Positions 42,531 to 53,523 of a DNA stretch of 64,000 nucleotides are shown piece by piece. A program made the position numbers and the translations under genes. Each line of letters starts with the position of its first letter. The first letter of the stretch is position 1. Under the pieces are notes generated by a model. The model did no database searches and was not told the origin of the DNA. It was given only the letters and a program-made list of their open reading frames with translations. The DNA comes from an uncultured Alphaproteobacteria bacterium (GTDB taxonomy: Bacteria > Pseudomonadota > Alphaproteobacteria > Rhizobiales > Hyphomicrobiaceae): positions 33,118 to 97,117 of the forward strand of contig CAWHPZ010000039.1 in the NCBI GenBank assembly GCA_963831345.1, read 5' to 3'.

Positions 42531-43555
42531 GCTGCTGCTCCCTGGCGTTCTAAATGCACCGTCTCACCACGGCCACGCATCGAGCTGGTGGCGGCTTCAA
42601 GCATCTGCACGACGCGCAGACCGAGTTGGCCATCCGTGAGCGGTGTTTTGTTTTGTTCAATGCAGTCGAGGAAATGCTCGGCCTCGACGGTAAGCGCTTC
42701 CGCGCCGTCGAGCTTCGGCGCCCACATGTCGCCGGTGCGATAGCCGACGCGCATCTCGTAGATCTGAGCCGGGTCATCGGTAAAGCTGATGCCCTTGTCG
42801 TAGATCTTCACCTTCTCGCTAGGCTCGAGATCGTCATAGGTGATCATCTTCTTGCTGCCGCCGAGCAGGATCTGGCGCACCTTGACGGGCGCAAGCCAGC
42901 TCACGTTCGTGTGGGCGATGGTGCCGGAGTCGTAGAACATGGTGATGTAGGCGAGGTTCTCGGGCGTGCCCGGGAAGTGATTGATGCCGCCGGCCGAAAT
43001 GGCGACGGGCTGCTCCTTGAGGAGATAATCGAGGATCGAGAAATCATGGACGGCCAGATCCGAGATGACGCTGACGTCGCGCTGGAACAGGCCGAGGTTC
43101 ACGCGGATCGAGTCGTAGTAGTAGATGCGGCCGAGTTCGCCGTTGTTGACGATTTCGCCCATCTTGCGCACGGCGCCGGTGTAGATGAACGTGTGATCGA
43201 CGAGCAGCACGCGATTGCGCTTGGCGGCCTCGTCAACCAGCTTCCTCGCTTGCAGCGAGGTTTCGGCCATCGGCTTTTCCAGCCAAAGGTGCTTGCCAGC
43301 CTTGAGCACGGCCATGCCGAGCTCGAAGTGCGTATGGACCGGCGTCGCGATGGCGATGGCGTCGATCTTCGGATCGCGGATCAGATCCTGCCAGTTGGTC
43401 GTGGTCTTGACGTTCGGGAAACGGCGCGAGACGAGCTCGAGACGCTTCGGATCGAGATCCGCCACCGCGGCGACCTTTGCACGCGAGAGCTCAGCAAAGT
43501 TGCGGACCAAGTTGGGTCCCCAGTAGCCATAGCCGATAATGCCAATATTGATCAT
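42527..43555 (-). CDS. Gfo/Idh/MocA oxidoreductase (sugar 3-dehydrogenase-like)
   Basis: GYGYWG, EKP, DLAVHD. Confidence 0.92.
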   Translation of the reverse strand: MINIGIIGYGYWGPNLVRNFAELSRAKVAAVADLDPKRLELVSRRFPNVKTTTNWQDLIRDPKIDAIAIATPVHTHFELGMAVLKAGKHLWLEKPMAETSLQARKLVDEAAKRNRVLLVDHTFIYTGAVRKMGEIVNNGELGRIYYYDSIRVNLGLFQRDVSVISDLAVHDFSILDYLLKEQPVAISAGGINHFPGTPENLAYITMFYDSGTIAHTNVSWLAPVKVRQILLGGSKKMITYDDLEPSEKVKIYDKGISFTDDPAQIYEMRVGYRTGDMWAPKLDGAEALTVEAEHFLDCIEQNKTPLTDGQLGLRVVQMLEAATSSMRGRGETVHLERQGAAA

Positions 43556-43737
43556 GTTTCCCACTACGCAACATGCTGGTCAAAAAGACGGGGCACGTGT
43601 CCTGTTTTGGACCGAACTCGAGAAGTTATTGCGTCCAATACTTACGTTCCGATGTATACGTTGCACTTCTTGGACCATCATCTGCGATCCGGTCCGAGTT
43701 GCCGATGCGGACAAATAAGTCCGTCCGGCCAGGCCGC

Positions 43738-44217
43738 TTAAGTCTTCTCGCGCACGTCTCCGACCTGTCGCGCCGGAACTCCGACGACGATGGCAAAGTC
43801 CGGCACGCTCTTGGTTACGACGGCACCGGCGCCAATGAGGGCGCCTTCGCCAATGGTGATGCCGCAGACAATCGTTGCATTCGAGCCGATGGACGCGCGG
43901 CGTTTGACGAGCGTCTCCTCGACCTTCCAATCCGCCTCGCTTTGCGGGCTTCCGTCCAGATTTGTGGCGCGTGGAAAGCGATCGTTGGTGAACATGACGC
44001 CGTGGCCAACGAAGACCTCGTCCTCGATGACAACTCCTTCACAAACAAAGGTATGGGACGACACCTTGCACCGCTTCCCGACGGAGGCGTTCTTCTGGAT
44101 CTCGACAAACGAGCCGATGCGGCTGTCGTCCCCTATGCTGCATCCATAGAGGTTCACCTGCGCGGGATGGTGGATCTTGACGTTTTCGCCGAGTTTGACC
44201 GTGTCGGCAATTGGCAT
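43738..44217 (-). CDS. Hexapeptide-repeat N-acyltransferase (WbpD/WxcM-like)
   Basis: IGSFVEIQ, FTNDRFPR, hexapeptide repeats, VGVPAR. Confidence 0.9.
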   Translation of the reverse strand: MPIADTVKLGENVKIHHPAQVNLYGCSIGDDSRIGSFVEIQKNASVGKRCKVSSHTFVCEGVVIEDEVFVGHGVMFTNDRFPRATNLDGSPQSEADWKVEETLVKRRASIGSNATIVCGITIGEGALIGAGAVVTKSVPDFAIVVGVPARQVGDVREKT

Positions 44218-44399
44218 CCGATCTACCCCGCTTTAGAAATCCGGACAGGCAAAATGACCCACGAGGCCCACTTCGGCGCTCGCTACGCGACCTCAAATTC
44301 AAGCTCGCGCATCATCCCACAAAACGGCGTAACTTTATACTTAGGATAGCTCGCTAAGCGGCGGCTTGGTAAATGATAAGCTAGGCCCGTTCACGGGCA

Positions 44400-44414
44400 T
44401 TAACGGCCTCTTAA
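44400..44414. promoter_or_regulatory. CtrA box
   Basis: TTAA-CGGCCTC-TTAA upstream of the amino-sugar/Wzm-Wzt operon. Confidence 0.6.
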
Positions 44415-44506
44415 GCGTAAGGTCCGGAGACCAAAGGGCCTTTGCTAAAATCGTCGCGAAACGCCTCGATAAAGCGAGCATTGCATCGCGGATTCTGACC
44501 GGAGTG

Positions 44507-45568
44507 TCATCGCCGGCCTTCACTCAGTGGGAAGCCGATGAGATATCGAACTTTTCCTTCAGTGTCCTGCCCGCGGCCGCGCGAGAGTCGCGGGGCATAG
44601 GCATGGAGCTTTGCCCTCAGGGTCTCGGCCGCGATGTAGAGCCATGCGCCCGGCATGGCGGCAAGCACGCGCAAAGCCGCGAGCAGGCCCTCGGTGCTCT
44701 TGGTGTCGAGCACCACGCGATAGCGGTATTTGTCGAGCGTCGCACGCTGATGGGCCTCGACCGCGGCGCGTTCCTGCTCCGACAGAGCAGCGGGGGAAGC
44801 CAGGCACGCCGCATCGAAATCCACAATCCGCTTCAGGTCCGCCGCCGAGTGGCGCGAAGAGATCGATGTGCTCCGCTCGACGGCGACGTAGCCGCAGGCG
44901 CTCACCACCTTGAACACGGCACCGGCGATAAGAGCTTGCACGTAGAGGGCATAATCCTCGCCGAGCCTCAGAGCCTCGTCATACCTGAGCCGGTTCCGCT
45001 CGAGGAATTCGCGCCGCATAATTGGCTTCATGAAGCCGAGCTCGGCTCTTGGCTTCCCGGGCCGGCTGATATTGGAGCGAACGAACTCGGCAAGACGCAC
45101 CGTCATGCCGGTATGCTGGGGAGGAAGGGCGATAAGCTCGCTATCGAGCGCCTCGGGAACGATGACGATGTCATCGGCGAGAAAGTCCCAACCCTCGCCG
45201 CCCGACGCGATGAGGCGTGAGATGCGGCCGGGCAGCATGTAGTCGTCGGAATCGAGCAGGCAGACCAGCGGAGCCCGTGACGACGCGAGCGCAATATTAC
45301 GAGCTGCGGCGGGACCGACATTGCGCGGCGACGTAATAACGGAGAGGCGGCCGGTATCGTCGTCACAGTCGCGCGCGACGGCAACGGTGGCATCGCGGGA
45401 TGCGTCGTCACAGACGATCACTTCCGTAACGAACTTCTGCGCCAGCGCGGAGCGGACGGCGCGCGCGATCGTTCTCTCCGCGTTGAAGGCGGCGATGATG
45501 ACGCACACTTGCGGGTCGGAGGTCATGTGCAATCCCCAGTCCGACGCCTCACCGGTTTTTTCAGTCAT
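44507..45568 (-). CDS. exoU: Succinoglycan-type glucosyltransferase, GT2
   Basis: VCVIIAAFNA, LDSDD, RAELGFMKP, LRLGEDY, YVAVERSTSISSRH. Confidence 0.75.
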   Translation of the reverse strand: MTEKTGEASDWGLHMTSDPQVCVIIAAFNAERTIARAVRSALAQKFVTEVIVCDDASRDATVAVARDCDDDTGRLSVITSPRNVGPAAARNIALASSRAPLVCLLDSDDYMLPGRISRLIASGGEGWDFLADDIVIVPEALDSELIALPPQHTGMTVRLAEFVRSNISRPGKPRAELGFMKPIMRREFLERNRLRYDEALRLGEDYALYVQALIAGAVFKVVSACGYVAVERSTSISSRHSAADLKRIVDFDAACLASPAALSEQERAAVEAHQRATLDKYRYRVVLDTKSTEGLLAALRVLAAMPGAWLYIAAETLRAKLHAYAPRLSRGRGQDTEGKVRYLIGFPLSEGRR

Positions 45569-46647
45569 ACACTGGATCGATGTTTCGACGCACTGTCATT
45601 GCCGGCGACCGCGTCGTCCCTTCTGTCCAGCGCCGATCGGGTTTGGCGCCGCCGCCAGGCGAGAATGTCGCCGCGGCTGCGCCAGACCTTGGTCAGGAAT
45701 CCGGAGGCCCAACTCATGTGCATGACCATCGCGGCCAGGCCGCTCGCCGCAAGGCAGATGCGGCGGTTTCTTAGCGCAAGGATAAAGCCCCAGGCGATGC
45801 AAGCGGTGACGTAGATCGCCGGCACGGCGAGGAAGCGAGCGTCCAACAGCGACAGCAGCGCGGCCATGAGGCAGACGAGCAGGACGATCGGAGGCAGGAC
45901 CTGGCGCAGACGCGGGATGATCGCGTGCTTGATCATGGTGCCGGCCCGTCCCCAGCCATGCCACCAGTATTGGCGCGCCAGCGACTTGAAGGATGTGCGC
46001 GGAAAGTAGGTGACCGCGAGGTCGGAGTTGAGATAGATGCGCTCCCCCAGCATCACGAGGCGCCGGTCGAACTCCGCATCCTCGTTGTGGGTGAAACTCT
46101 CGTCATAGCCGCCGAGCTTCAGAAACACGTCTCGGCGGAAGGCGGCGTGATGGCCGTGCTCGACCAGCCCGGACTTGCCCAGGCTCCTGTGGGCCGAGCC
46201 GCCGTTCCCAAGCCGGCTGTTCTGCGCCGCGGCGAAGGCTTCCTGCATGCAGGTCGAGCCGACCGTCAGCATGGGCACCACGACGGAGGCGACGCCGTGC
46301 TCCTCGAGCGTGGCGACGCAGCGTTCGGCGAAACCCTTCGGATAGTGGAAATGACAGTCAGCCCTCAGCATGTATTGGGCTTCGGGATGGGCCGAAACGG
46401 CGCCCAGATTGACGCCCGCCGACTGGATGCGCTTCGGATTGTGAATGAGGCGGACGCGCGGGTTTGCGCCGGCAATCTCAAGCACGATGTTGCAGGTCCG
46501 GTCCGTGCTGCCGCCATCGGCGACCATGATTTCGTAGTCGACGACCTCGGCGTCCGGCAGCACCGAGGTGACAGCATCACGGATGTGAAGCTCCTCGTTC
46601 AGGGCTGGCATGATGATGCTGACGAAGGGTTTCGTCCGCGGGGCCAT
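45565..46647 (-). CDS. exoA: Succinoglycan-type glucosyltransferase, GT2
   Basis: ADGGSTD, NPKRIQSAGVN, QNSRLGNGGSAHR, HGHHA, HNEDAE. Confidence 0.88.
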   Translation of the reverse strand: MAPRTKPFVSIIMPALNEELHIRDAVTSVLPDAEVVDYEIMVADGGSTDRTCNIVLEIAGANPRVRLIHNPKRIQSAGVNLGAVSAHPEAQYMLRADCHFHYPKGFAERCVATLEEHGVASVVVPMLTVGSTCMQEAFAAAQNSRLGNGGSAHRSLGKSGLVEHGHHAAFRRDVFLKLGGYDESFTHNEDAEFDRRLVMLGERIYLNSDLAVTYFPRTSFKSLARQYWWHGWGRAGTMIKHAIIPRLRQVLPPIVLLVCLMAALLSLLDARFLAVPAIYVTACIAWGFILALRNRRICLAASGLAAMVMHMSWASGFLTKVWRSRGDILAWRRRQTRSALDRRDDAVAGNDSASKHRSSV

Positions 46648-46928
46648 GGGTATGCTTTCTAAGTCCGGAAAATCGTGGAAACAGTGCTAGCATCAGACGC
46701 TGTGTGGCGGGGGAGGACATGCGGCAATGGTGAACGGCCGCCCATCTCCTGGGGCGCGCAAATGCGGATATTATCAGCCATCCTATGGCTATTCACCATT
46801 GGATCAGGATCAACCCGCATATTCCATGCAAGAGGTTATGCAAAGGTGGCTAACGGTGCTTCGCTTTCCTGCGGCGGCCGCCTTCGGCAAAGACCAAAAG
46901 CACAAGTCCCGGTCGAGGCTGCGCAATC

Positions 46929-48120
46929 ATGACTGAGATGAAGCCGTTGAGGCACATGGCCTGCTTCTTTCATGACGCCACCGAAAGCACGGTCATGAAG
47001 CGCATCGAAGCCTTTCAAGCCTGTGGCTCGGACGTGACCGGCTTCACATTCCGCAGGCTGCGCAACAAGCGAACGCGGCCACCCTTCTGGCGCAACATCG
47101 ATCTCGGCGTGACCGAGGAACGCAACTACCTGAAACGCCTACCCAAGCTCGCCGCGGGCCTTTTCAAGGTGCTCACGCACTGGCGCACGCTGCGGCAAGC
47201 GCGTGTCTTCTATGCGCGCAACATCGACATGCTCATCATTGCCGTACTCGCCCGCGCTCTGACGGCGAGCCGCGGCGCCGTCGTCTACGAGGTGCTCGAC
47301 ATCCAGCGCGTATTCCTCGGCGACGGCCGCATGAACAAGGCCGTCCGCTGGGCGGAACGGACCCTTCTCAAGCACACTCAGCTCCTCGTGGTCAGCTCGC
47401 CTGACTTCATGAGCCGCTACTTCGTGCCAGTACAGGGTTATGCCGGCGCATGGCATCTCCTGGAAAACAAGGTCTCAGGCAGCACCCGGCTCTCGGAAGC
47501 GCTCAGCGGATCGCACGACCCGCAGCCACCCCCGCCGCCGTGGGTCATCGGCTGGTTCGGCGTGCTCAGATGCAGGCGAAGCCTCGAAGTTCTCGCTCTC
47601 ATCGCGGAGAAGCTGGGAGACAAGGTCTCGATCCAACTGCGCGGCATCGCTTCCGAAGACGATCTACCACTGGCCGAAATCGAGGCCCGCTGCGCCGAGC
47701 GTCGCAACATGAGCTACCTCGGCGCCTACCTCAATCCGGACGACCTGCCGACCATCTACGGCGCCGTGCACTTCGCCTGGTCCATCGACTATCTCGACGC
47801 CGGCACCAATTCGGACTGGCTTCTGCCGAACCGACTTTACGAGGCGGGGCTTTTCGGCGTTCCGGCCCTGACGCGCGAGGGGACGGCCACGTCGCGCAAG
47901 GCCGACGACCGAGCACCTCGGCTGGTCATTCGCCGAGCCGCTAGATCAGACGGTCACTCAATTCCTGGCAACGCTCGAGACCGAGACTTATGACGCCATG
48001 CGGCAGAGCGTGTCCGGTAAAGACCGGTCGGCATTCGTCGACACGGGCGACACGCGGGCGATGCTTCAGCGCATCGATGCGCTGGCTGCGGGCGCTTCGA
48101 CCCTCACGTCCGGCGCGTAG
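46929..48120 (+). CDS. exoL: Succinoglycan-type glucosyltransferase; frameshift near 47910
   Basis: YARNIDML, YEVLDI, LENK, PWVIGWFGVLRC, NSDWLLPNRLYE. Confidence 0.85.
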
Positions 48121-48138
48121 GGCTCGCGGCTCCAGCAC

Positions 48139-49488
48139 TCAGCGCGCCGGCAACCGATCGCCGATCGGCTCAGCGGTCGACCAAACGGGCGGGCGGGTCT
48201 CGACACGCACGAGCTCGCCGCCTTTGCGCACCCAGCCCTGCATGCCTCTCGCCGTGATGATTGAAACCAGCACCAACTCGTGGACGCCGTGGTTGTTAAA
48301 CAGCGGGTTCTCCGAGAAGCACAACAAGGTGACCACCACGAGATAAATGACCGGCCAGGCGTTGATGTAGGTCGGGCTCTCGGCGAAGCTCCGGAGAGCA
48401 CATGTGTAAGCAAACAGCAGCGTGCCGATCAGCACGACAGGGCCAATCACTCCGAACCCAACCAAGACCTCGAGGAAGTTGTTGTGAAACATCCAGAGGT
48501 TCTGCTCCATGACGACCTTCAGCAGGTATGCCGTCGAATCCGCGCCTGACCAATAGCCCTTGTAGCCATATCCGAGCCAGGGCTTGCGCTCGTAGGCATC
48601 CACGGCGAAGTCCCACAGGATGGTGCGGCCGCTCAGCGTCGAATCCTTGCCGAGCCCTCCCAGCACGAGTTCAACGACGTTGATGTCGTAGAGATCGATA
48701 ACGAAGAGCACAGCCGCGAGGGCCATAATGACGAGGCCGAGCGTCATCATGAATGCGGCGAGGCCCTTTCGATACGCGAACATGGGCGGCAGCAGCACGA
48801 ACGGTATTGCCGCCACGACAAAGGCCGAGCCTGAGCCCGACATGATCAGCACCAACGTAGAGAAGACGACAGCAGCCGCGACGAAAACGCGCCGCCAACC
48901 ATAAAGAAACAGGCAGATGCCTGCGGTGATCTCGGCGGCCATGGCGCCGCCCAGTGCGTTCTTATGACCGAAGAGGCCCTGCCATTCTCCGGTGTGGAAA
49001 TAGGCAATGCTTGGCATCAGCACGACGGCGAGGAAGCAGAGAACGGTGACGATGAATCCGGTGACGAACAGCAGTTGCAGAAGTCTCGTGATGCTTATCT
49101 GACTGGCCAGCATGAGACCGACGAGCATGGTCGTGAACAATTGCAGTCCGTGATAGAAGCTGGTGTTCGGGTCGCCCGACCACAGCGTCGATGCGCACGC
49201 CAGAACCGGCCAGCTCAACAACAGGGCGTTGCGCTTCGCCAGAGCCACGAACAGGGTCTGATTGCGGAGAAAGAACGCGATCGCCAGGACGTCGGCTGGG
49301 AACCAGGCGAAGCGCGGCAGCGGTCCGATCCCGATAGGCAGATACATGTTGCTCGTTAAAACGAGAAAGATCAGCCAGAGCGCATTGATCCTGAACTCAC
49401 GGCGCGACAGCCCCTGGGGCCATAGGCGATCGTCCGCCTCTGCCAGTGGAGCGTGAGCCGATGCCATGCCAGTTCTCAGTCCGATCAT
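48139..49488 (-). CDS. Wzy polymerase / O-antigen ligase family (ExoQ-like)
   Basis: Multi-TM; WQGLFGHKNALG, KDSTLSGRTILW, PWLGYGY, FHNNFLE. Confidence 0.85.
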   Translation of the reverse strand: MIGLRTGMASAHAPLAEADDRLWPQGLSRREFRINALWLIFLVLTSNMYLPIGIGPLPRFAWFPADVLAIAFFLRNQTLFVALAKRNALLLSWPVLACASTLWSGDPNTSFYHGLQLFTTMLVGLMLASQISITRLLQLLFVTGFIVTVLCFLAVVLMPSIAYFHTGEWQGLFGHKNALGGAMAAEITAGICLFLYGWRRVFVAAAVVFSTLVLIMSGSGSAFVVAAIPFVLLPPMFAYRKGLAAFMMTLGLVIMALAAVLFVIDLYDINVVELVLGGLGKDSTLSGRTILWDFAVDAYERKPWLGYGYKGYWSGADSTAYLLKVVMEQNLWMFHNNFLEVLVGFGVIGPVVLIGTLLFAYTCALRSFAESPTYINAWPVIYLVVVTLLCFSENPLFNNHGVHELVLVSIITARGMQGWVRKGGELVRVETRPPVWSTAEPIGDRLPAR

Positions 49489-49788
49489 TCTGCGTCCGAG
49501 ATTAGAGTCTCGACTGCCAATTGTGCGAGCGTCGCTGGTCGCGCGCGGTGTCTTTGTCGAGCCGTGAATGCGGGGGCCTTTGGGGCCAATCGTCAATCCG
49601 CAAAGTGTCCGTTTAACGTAAATTAGCAGCAAAAGGGTAAATCGGATCGAAATAGGCCCAAAAGCTTGACTTGCCCACGCTCGACTTGTGTAGATTGCAG
49701 CATCGAAATGCGCCTTCGCAGGCATATTTTGCAGTTTGGGTCGACCATAAGACGGGCTGAAAGCGGATCATCTCCGCCAGGCCGATCT

Positions 49789-50838
49789 ATGGATGGGAAA
49801 GGCGCTCATTTGCCCGCACTCGAGAAGGCGATCCGCACGCGCCGTGGACCGTTGATCCTTCTGTTCTACGACGGCTATGAGTTGCGTGCGGCGGAAAGCC
49901 CTTCCCACTATGCGTATGCGCAGGGACGGCGCGCCGCACGCTATGCGCTGCGCACTCTTCGCCGCCAACAGGTGTGGACAGGTTTCTACACCGCCTTCCG
50001 GCTCCTGCGTCTGGCGCTGCTCCGGGCTGGATGCGACGTGCGAGTCAACAATTTCGCATTGGCGCGCCGCCATCCGAAGTATCCGATCGGCATGGCGGGC
50101 TATCCGACCGTCCTCGACCGTGTCGATCTTCCAAATCCAGTGATCTTTGGGCCCGGCGATTATGGGCTTCCGGATGCTGCAGCCGCGATCGCGGCGCAGC
50201 CTAAATTCCGAAAGCTCATACAGCCCTGCGATTGGGCGGTAGATCTCTACGAAGCGTCGTGCGGCGACAAGATGGTCGCCTGGCCCGTCGGTCTCGATAC
50301 GCACCGAGGTGAGGATGTCTCGGCTCACGCCAAGGATATCGACGTCCTCATCTACGACAAGATACGATGGAACCGTGACACGCAGGTGCCACGCGTGCTC
50401 GACCAGGTGAAGCGGCATCTCGACGGGCAAGGGCGCAGCCATAAGGTTGTGCGGTACGGCCATTATCATCACAGTGCGTTTGTGAACACTCTCAAGCGCT
50501 CACGCGCGATGATCTTCCTGTGCGAGCACGAAACACAGGGTCTCGCCTGCCAGGAGGCCCTAAGCTACAACGTCCCGGTGCTGGCGTGGGACGAAGGCGT
50601 GCTCGTGGATCCCTTATTCAAACCCTTCGCACCACCGGGCCTCGTCGTGAGCTCGGTTCCCTATTTCGACGCTCGTTGCGGAGAGCGCTTCAAGATGCAG
50701 GATTTCGAGGCGGGATTCGCGTCGTTCTGGCAGGGCGTCGAGGCGTCACGCTACCGGCCGCGCCAGTTCATACTCGATACGCTGTCGCTGCCGCGCTCGG
50801 CGGAAAGCTACCTGTCGCTCTACGGCAGCCTCATGTAA
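49789..50838 (+). CDS. Putative glycosyltransferase (GT-B fold)
   Basis: WPVGLDT, VLIYDK, HETQGLACQEA (EX7E), VPYFD. Confidence 0.7.
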   Translation: MDGKGAHLPALEKAIRTRRGPLILLFYDGYELRAAESPSHYAYAQGRRAARYALRTLRRQQVWTGFYTAFRLLRLALLRAGCDVRVNNFALARRHPKYPIGMAGYPTVLDRVDLPNPVIFGPGDYGLPDAAAAIAAQPKFRKLIQPCDWAVDLYEASCGDKMVAWPVGLDTHRGEDVSAHAKDIDVLIYDKIRWNRDTQVPRVLDQVKRHLDGQGRSHKVVRYGHYHHSAFVNTLKRSRAMIFLCEHETQGLACQEALSYNVPVLAWDEGVLVDPLFKPFAPPGLVVSSVPYFDARCGERFKMQDFEAGFASFWQGVEASRYRPRQFILDTLSLPRSAESYLSLYGSLM

Positions 50839-50845
50839 TCCGGCC

Positions 50846-51818
50846 CTAGCGGTATCCGGGTGCGGCATACTCCTTGTAGCGCGCACCAGCCACGCTCGCG
50901 ACGAGGCCGGCGCCGCGGCAGAGCGTGTAGAAGCTAGCAACGAACGCTCCGGGCTTTCTCCACGAGTTCCCACAGGGCCGCCTTCGCGACGCGGAGGCTG
51001 CCGGCGCCGAGGCGGGCCAGTCCCCGCATCAGATTGTGGAGCCGGCCCCTCGCGGACGCGGGATCATAGCGGCCGAGGCTGGCCTCGATATCCCCGGTGC
51101 GATACCAGCGGCGCCAAAGCCATTGTGCCCGCATGCGGTGCTTTGGAATCGGCGCGAAGACGACGGCACCCTCGGCCCAGGCGATCCGCCCGCCGCCCTC
51201 CTGCAGGCGCTGGAAGAACATCGTGTCCTCGCCGCCGGTGTCGTTGAAGCGGGCATCGAAAATAAGCGACATCGCATCGATGGCGGAGCGCGAGACGATG
51301 GCGTTGCAAGTGTAGCCGTCGTCGACGAGGCCCTGATCATGCGAACGGAGGTCGCCAAATGCCATGACGGGAAGCCAGAACGGCGGAGGCGTCTCGAACA
51401 CCGGCAGCACGGGGCCTATGGCCGCGTCCGTGCCCCTGCGCTCGAGCGTGTCGACGAGGGATCGGAGCCAGTCCGGGCTCGGCAGCTCGTCGTCGTCGAC
51501 GAAGGCGACGTGCGTGATGCCGGGCTTCAGAGCTTCCGCGAGCGCGGCGTTGCGGGCGAATGCCAAGCCCTTCCTCGGCTCGTGCGTGAAACGAATAGCG
51601 AAACGGAGCGTGCGGCCGGCGGCCTGCCACGTCGCGCTTGCGTCGCCCGCGACACTGTTGTCGACGATCACGATTTCGATGCCATCATCAGACAAGCCGC
51701 CCAGGCGCTGGCGATCGAGAGCGGCGAGGAGCGCCGCGAGCCCGGCGGGGCGATGATAGGTGCAAATGCAGACTGCAATGCGCCGCGGGTCTCGCGCTAC
51801 GTCTGGGGCTGCTGTCAT
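50846..51818 (-). CDS. exoM: Succinoglycan-type glucosyltransferase, GT2; frameshift near 50960
   Basis: ICTYHRP, VDN, AFVDDDE, GPVLP, TGGEDT; restored end GARYKEYAAPGYR*. Confidence 0.75.
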
Positions 51819-52816
51819 TGCGGCGCGAGCCTCTTGGCCGCCGCCTGGGCAGCGAAGCGCGCCAGGAGCTTCCACGAGCGCGGATGAGAGGCGGCGCGAC
51901 CCAAGGCACTTTGCCACCGTCCGCCCTTCGCGTCGTCTATGGCGGAGGCGACCTCGCTTGCCGTGACGAGCGAGCGGCGATACGTGCCTGCGGCTTTCCT
52001 CACCTCGTCGTCGCCGGCGAAGCGGTTCTCGATGCCAAGCTCATCGTGCGAGCGCAGCAGCTGCGCGATGTCGCTCGCGCGCAAGCGCCAGGACAGCGAT
52101 CCGTCGCGTACGCGATACTTGTAAAGGGTTTCGGACGAGACGACGAAACGCGCACCTTCGAGCAGGCACGACAGGCCGAGATGGTAGTCCTCGCCGATGA
52201 TGACGTCTTCCATGTGCTCGATGCCATGGCCTCTCAGGAAGGCCGTGCTGAACATGAGCTTGATGTAGCCGAGCCGCGCGCTCGCATCGAACATGGCATT
52301 GCCGCGCAGGAACGCAGCCGTGTCGACGAAGAAGTAGTACGGGAACGGCGTCGTCGCGATCATGGTGGACAGCGGCTTGCCGGGATCGGCGGAAAAACGG
52401 GCGAAGTTGTCGCCGACAACATCCGCCGACGTTGCCTCCGCGAGATCGATGAGCCTTCGCGACCGCTCGGGCACGATGAGATCGTCGGCATCGAGGATGG
52501 CAATCCACGTACCGCGCGCCCGCCGCATCGCTTCGTTGCGGCAGGCCGAGGGACCGCCGTTGGTCTCGCGCCGGACGAGCGTCACGCGCGCGTCGCGTGC
52601 GGCGATGGACGCGACCACCGCGGCCGTTGTGTCGGATGAGGCATCGTCGACGACGATGACCTCGACCGTGACGTCGCGCTGCTCTAGCGCCGAGCCGATG
52701 GCAGCCTCGACGTAAGGCGCGGCATTGAATGCGGCGATTACGAACGACACGTCCGGCGTTGTCCCGGCCTTTCGGCCCGGGTCTGCGTCTTGCACTTCCG
52801 GGTGCGCTATTTCCAT
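51815..52816 (-). CDS. exoO: Succinoglycan-type glucosyltransferase, GT2
   Basis: PDVSFVIAAFNA, SALEQRDVTVEVIVVDD, LDADD, LGYIKL, IGEDY, GSLS. Confidence 0.8.
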   Translation of the reverse strand: MEIAHPEVQDADPGRKAGTTPDVSFVIAAFNAAPYVEAAIGSALEQRDVTVEVIVVDDASSDTTAAVVASIAARDARVTLVRRETNGGPSACRNEAMRRARGTWIAILDADDLIVPERSRRLIDLAEATSADVVGDNFARFSADPGKPLSTMIATTPFPYYFFVDTAAFLRGNAMFDASARLGYIKLMFSTAFLRGHGIEHMEDVIIGEDYHLGLSCLLEGARFVVSSETLYKYRVRDGSLSWRLRASDIAQLLRSHDELGIENRFAGDDEVRKAAGTYRRSLVTASEVASAIDDAKGGRWQSALGRAASHPRSWKLLARFAAQAAAKRLAPQ

Positions 52817-52823
52817 GGAGCTG

Positions 52824-53507
52824 TCACCGCGCGTTTATGCCAGCCACGATTTCGTTGCGGCGTTTGGCAGGGATCTCTGAAAATCTGGCGAGGAACAGGT
52901 CGCGAGAGGTGTTGTCGACTTTACCGAACATGGCCACGACGTCGGGGACGCGCGCATGGCGCGCGAAACGGCCGATGTCGTCAGCAAGCACGTCGGCGAC
53001 GGCGGAGCGGTCGATCTCCGCCAGGCGCGCCGTGAACGCGAGCCGCTGCTTCAAGATCCAGCCTTCCAGCGGCGCGGCTTCGGCCGACAGCCTGACCATT
53101 CTGGCCGCGTTGGGAATGCTGTCTGTCGCCGCGAATTCGACCATAGCGAGGCGAAGCCACAGGTTCCCGTCCCTCGGGAAACACTGAAGGGCGCTCGTCA
53201 ATGTCTCGCGCGCATTGGTGAGGGCCTCATTGGCCGCCGGGGAGTCGGCAGTGGCAACGGTGGTATCGAGCCCCGCGAGGCTGATGGTGGCCGCGCTTCG
53301 AATGGTATCGCGCGAGCAGGCGGCGAAGCCGGGCCCGGCTTTGATCTCTGCCAGGGCTTGCGGGAAATAGCTCGCCGGCGCTGTGGCGCCGTTCTCGAAG
53401 CGCAGTGCGACGTCGCGAAACTCCGAAGCGCGCAAGTCGATCACGATCGTCGCGATGGACCAGAGAAGCAACGCCAGCGCCAGAGGGACTATCGCAAGAA
53501 CCCTCAT
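52824..53507 (-). CDS. Membrane-anchored TPR-like hypothetical protein of the EPS locus
   Basis: N-terminal TM; helical repeats with ALQCFPRDGNLWLRLA and AAPLEGW. Confidence 0.65.
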   Translation of the reverse strand: MRVLAIVPLALALLLWSIATIVIDLRASEFRDVALRFENGATAPASYFPQALAEIKAGPGFAACSRDTIRSAATISLAGLDTTVATADSPAANEALTNARETLTSALQCFPRDGNLWLRLAMVEFAATDSIPNAARMVRLSAEAAPLEGWILKQRLAFTARLAEIDRSAVADVLADDIGRFARHARVPDVVAMFGKVDNTSRDLFLARFSEIPAKRRNEIVAGINAR

Positions 53508-53523
53508 TCAGCGCTCCCCGCGA

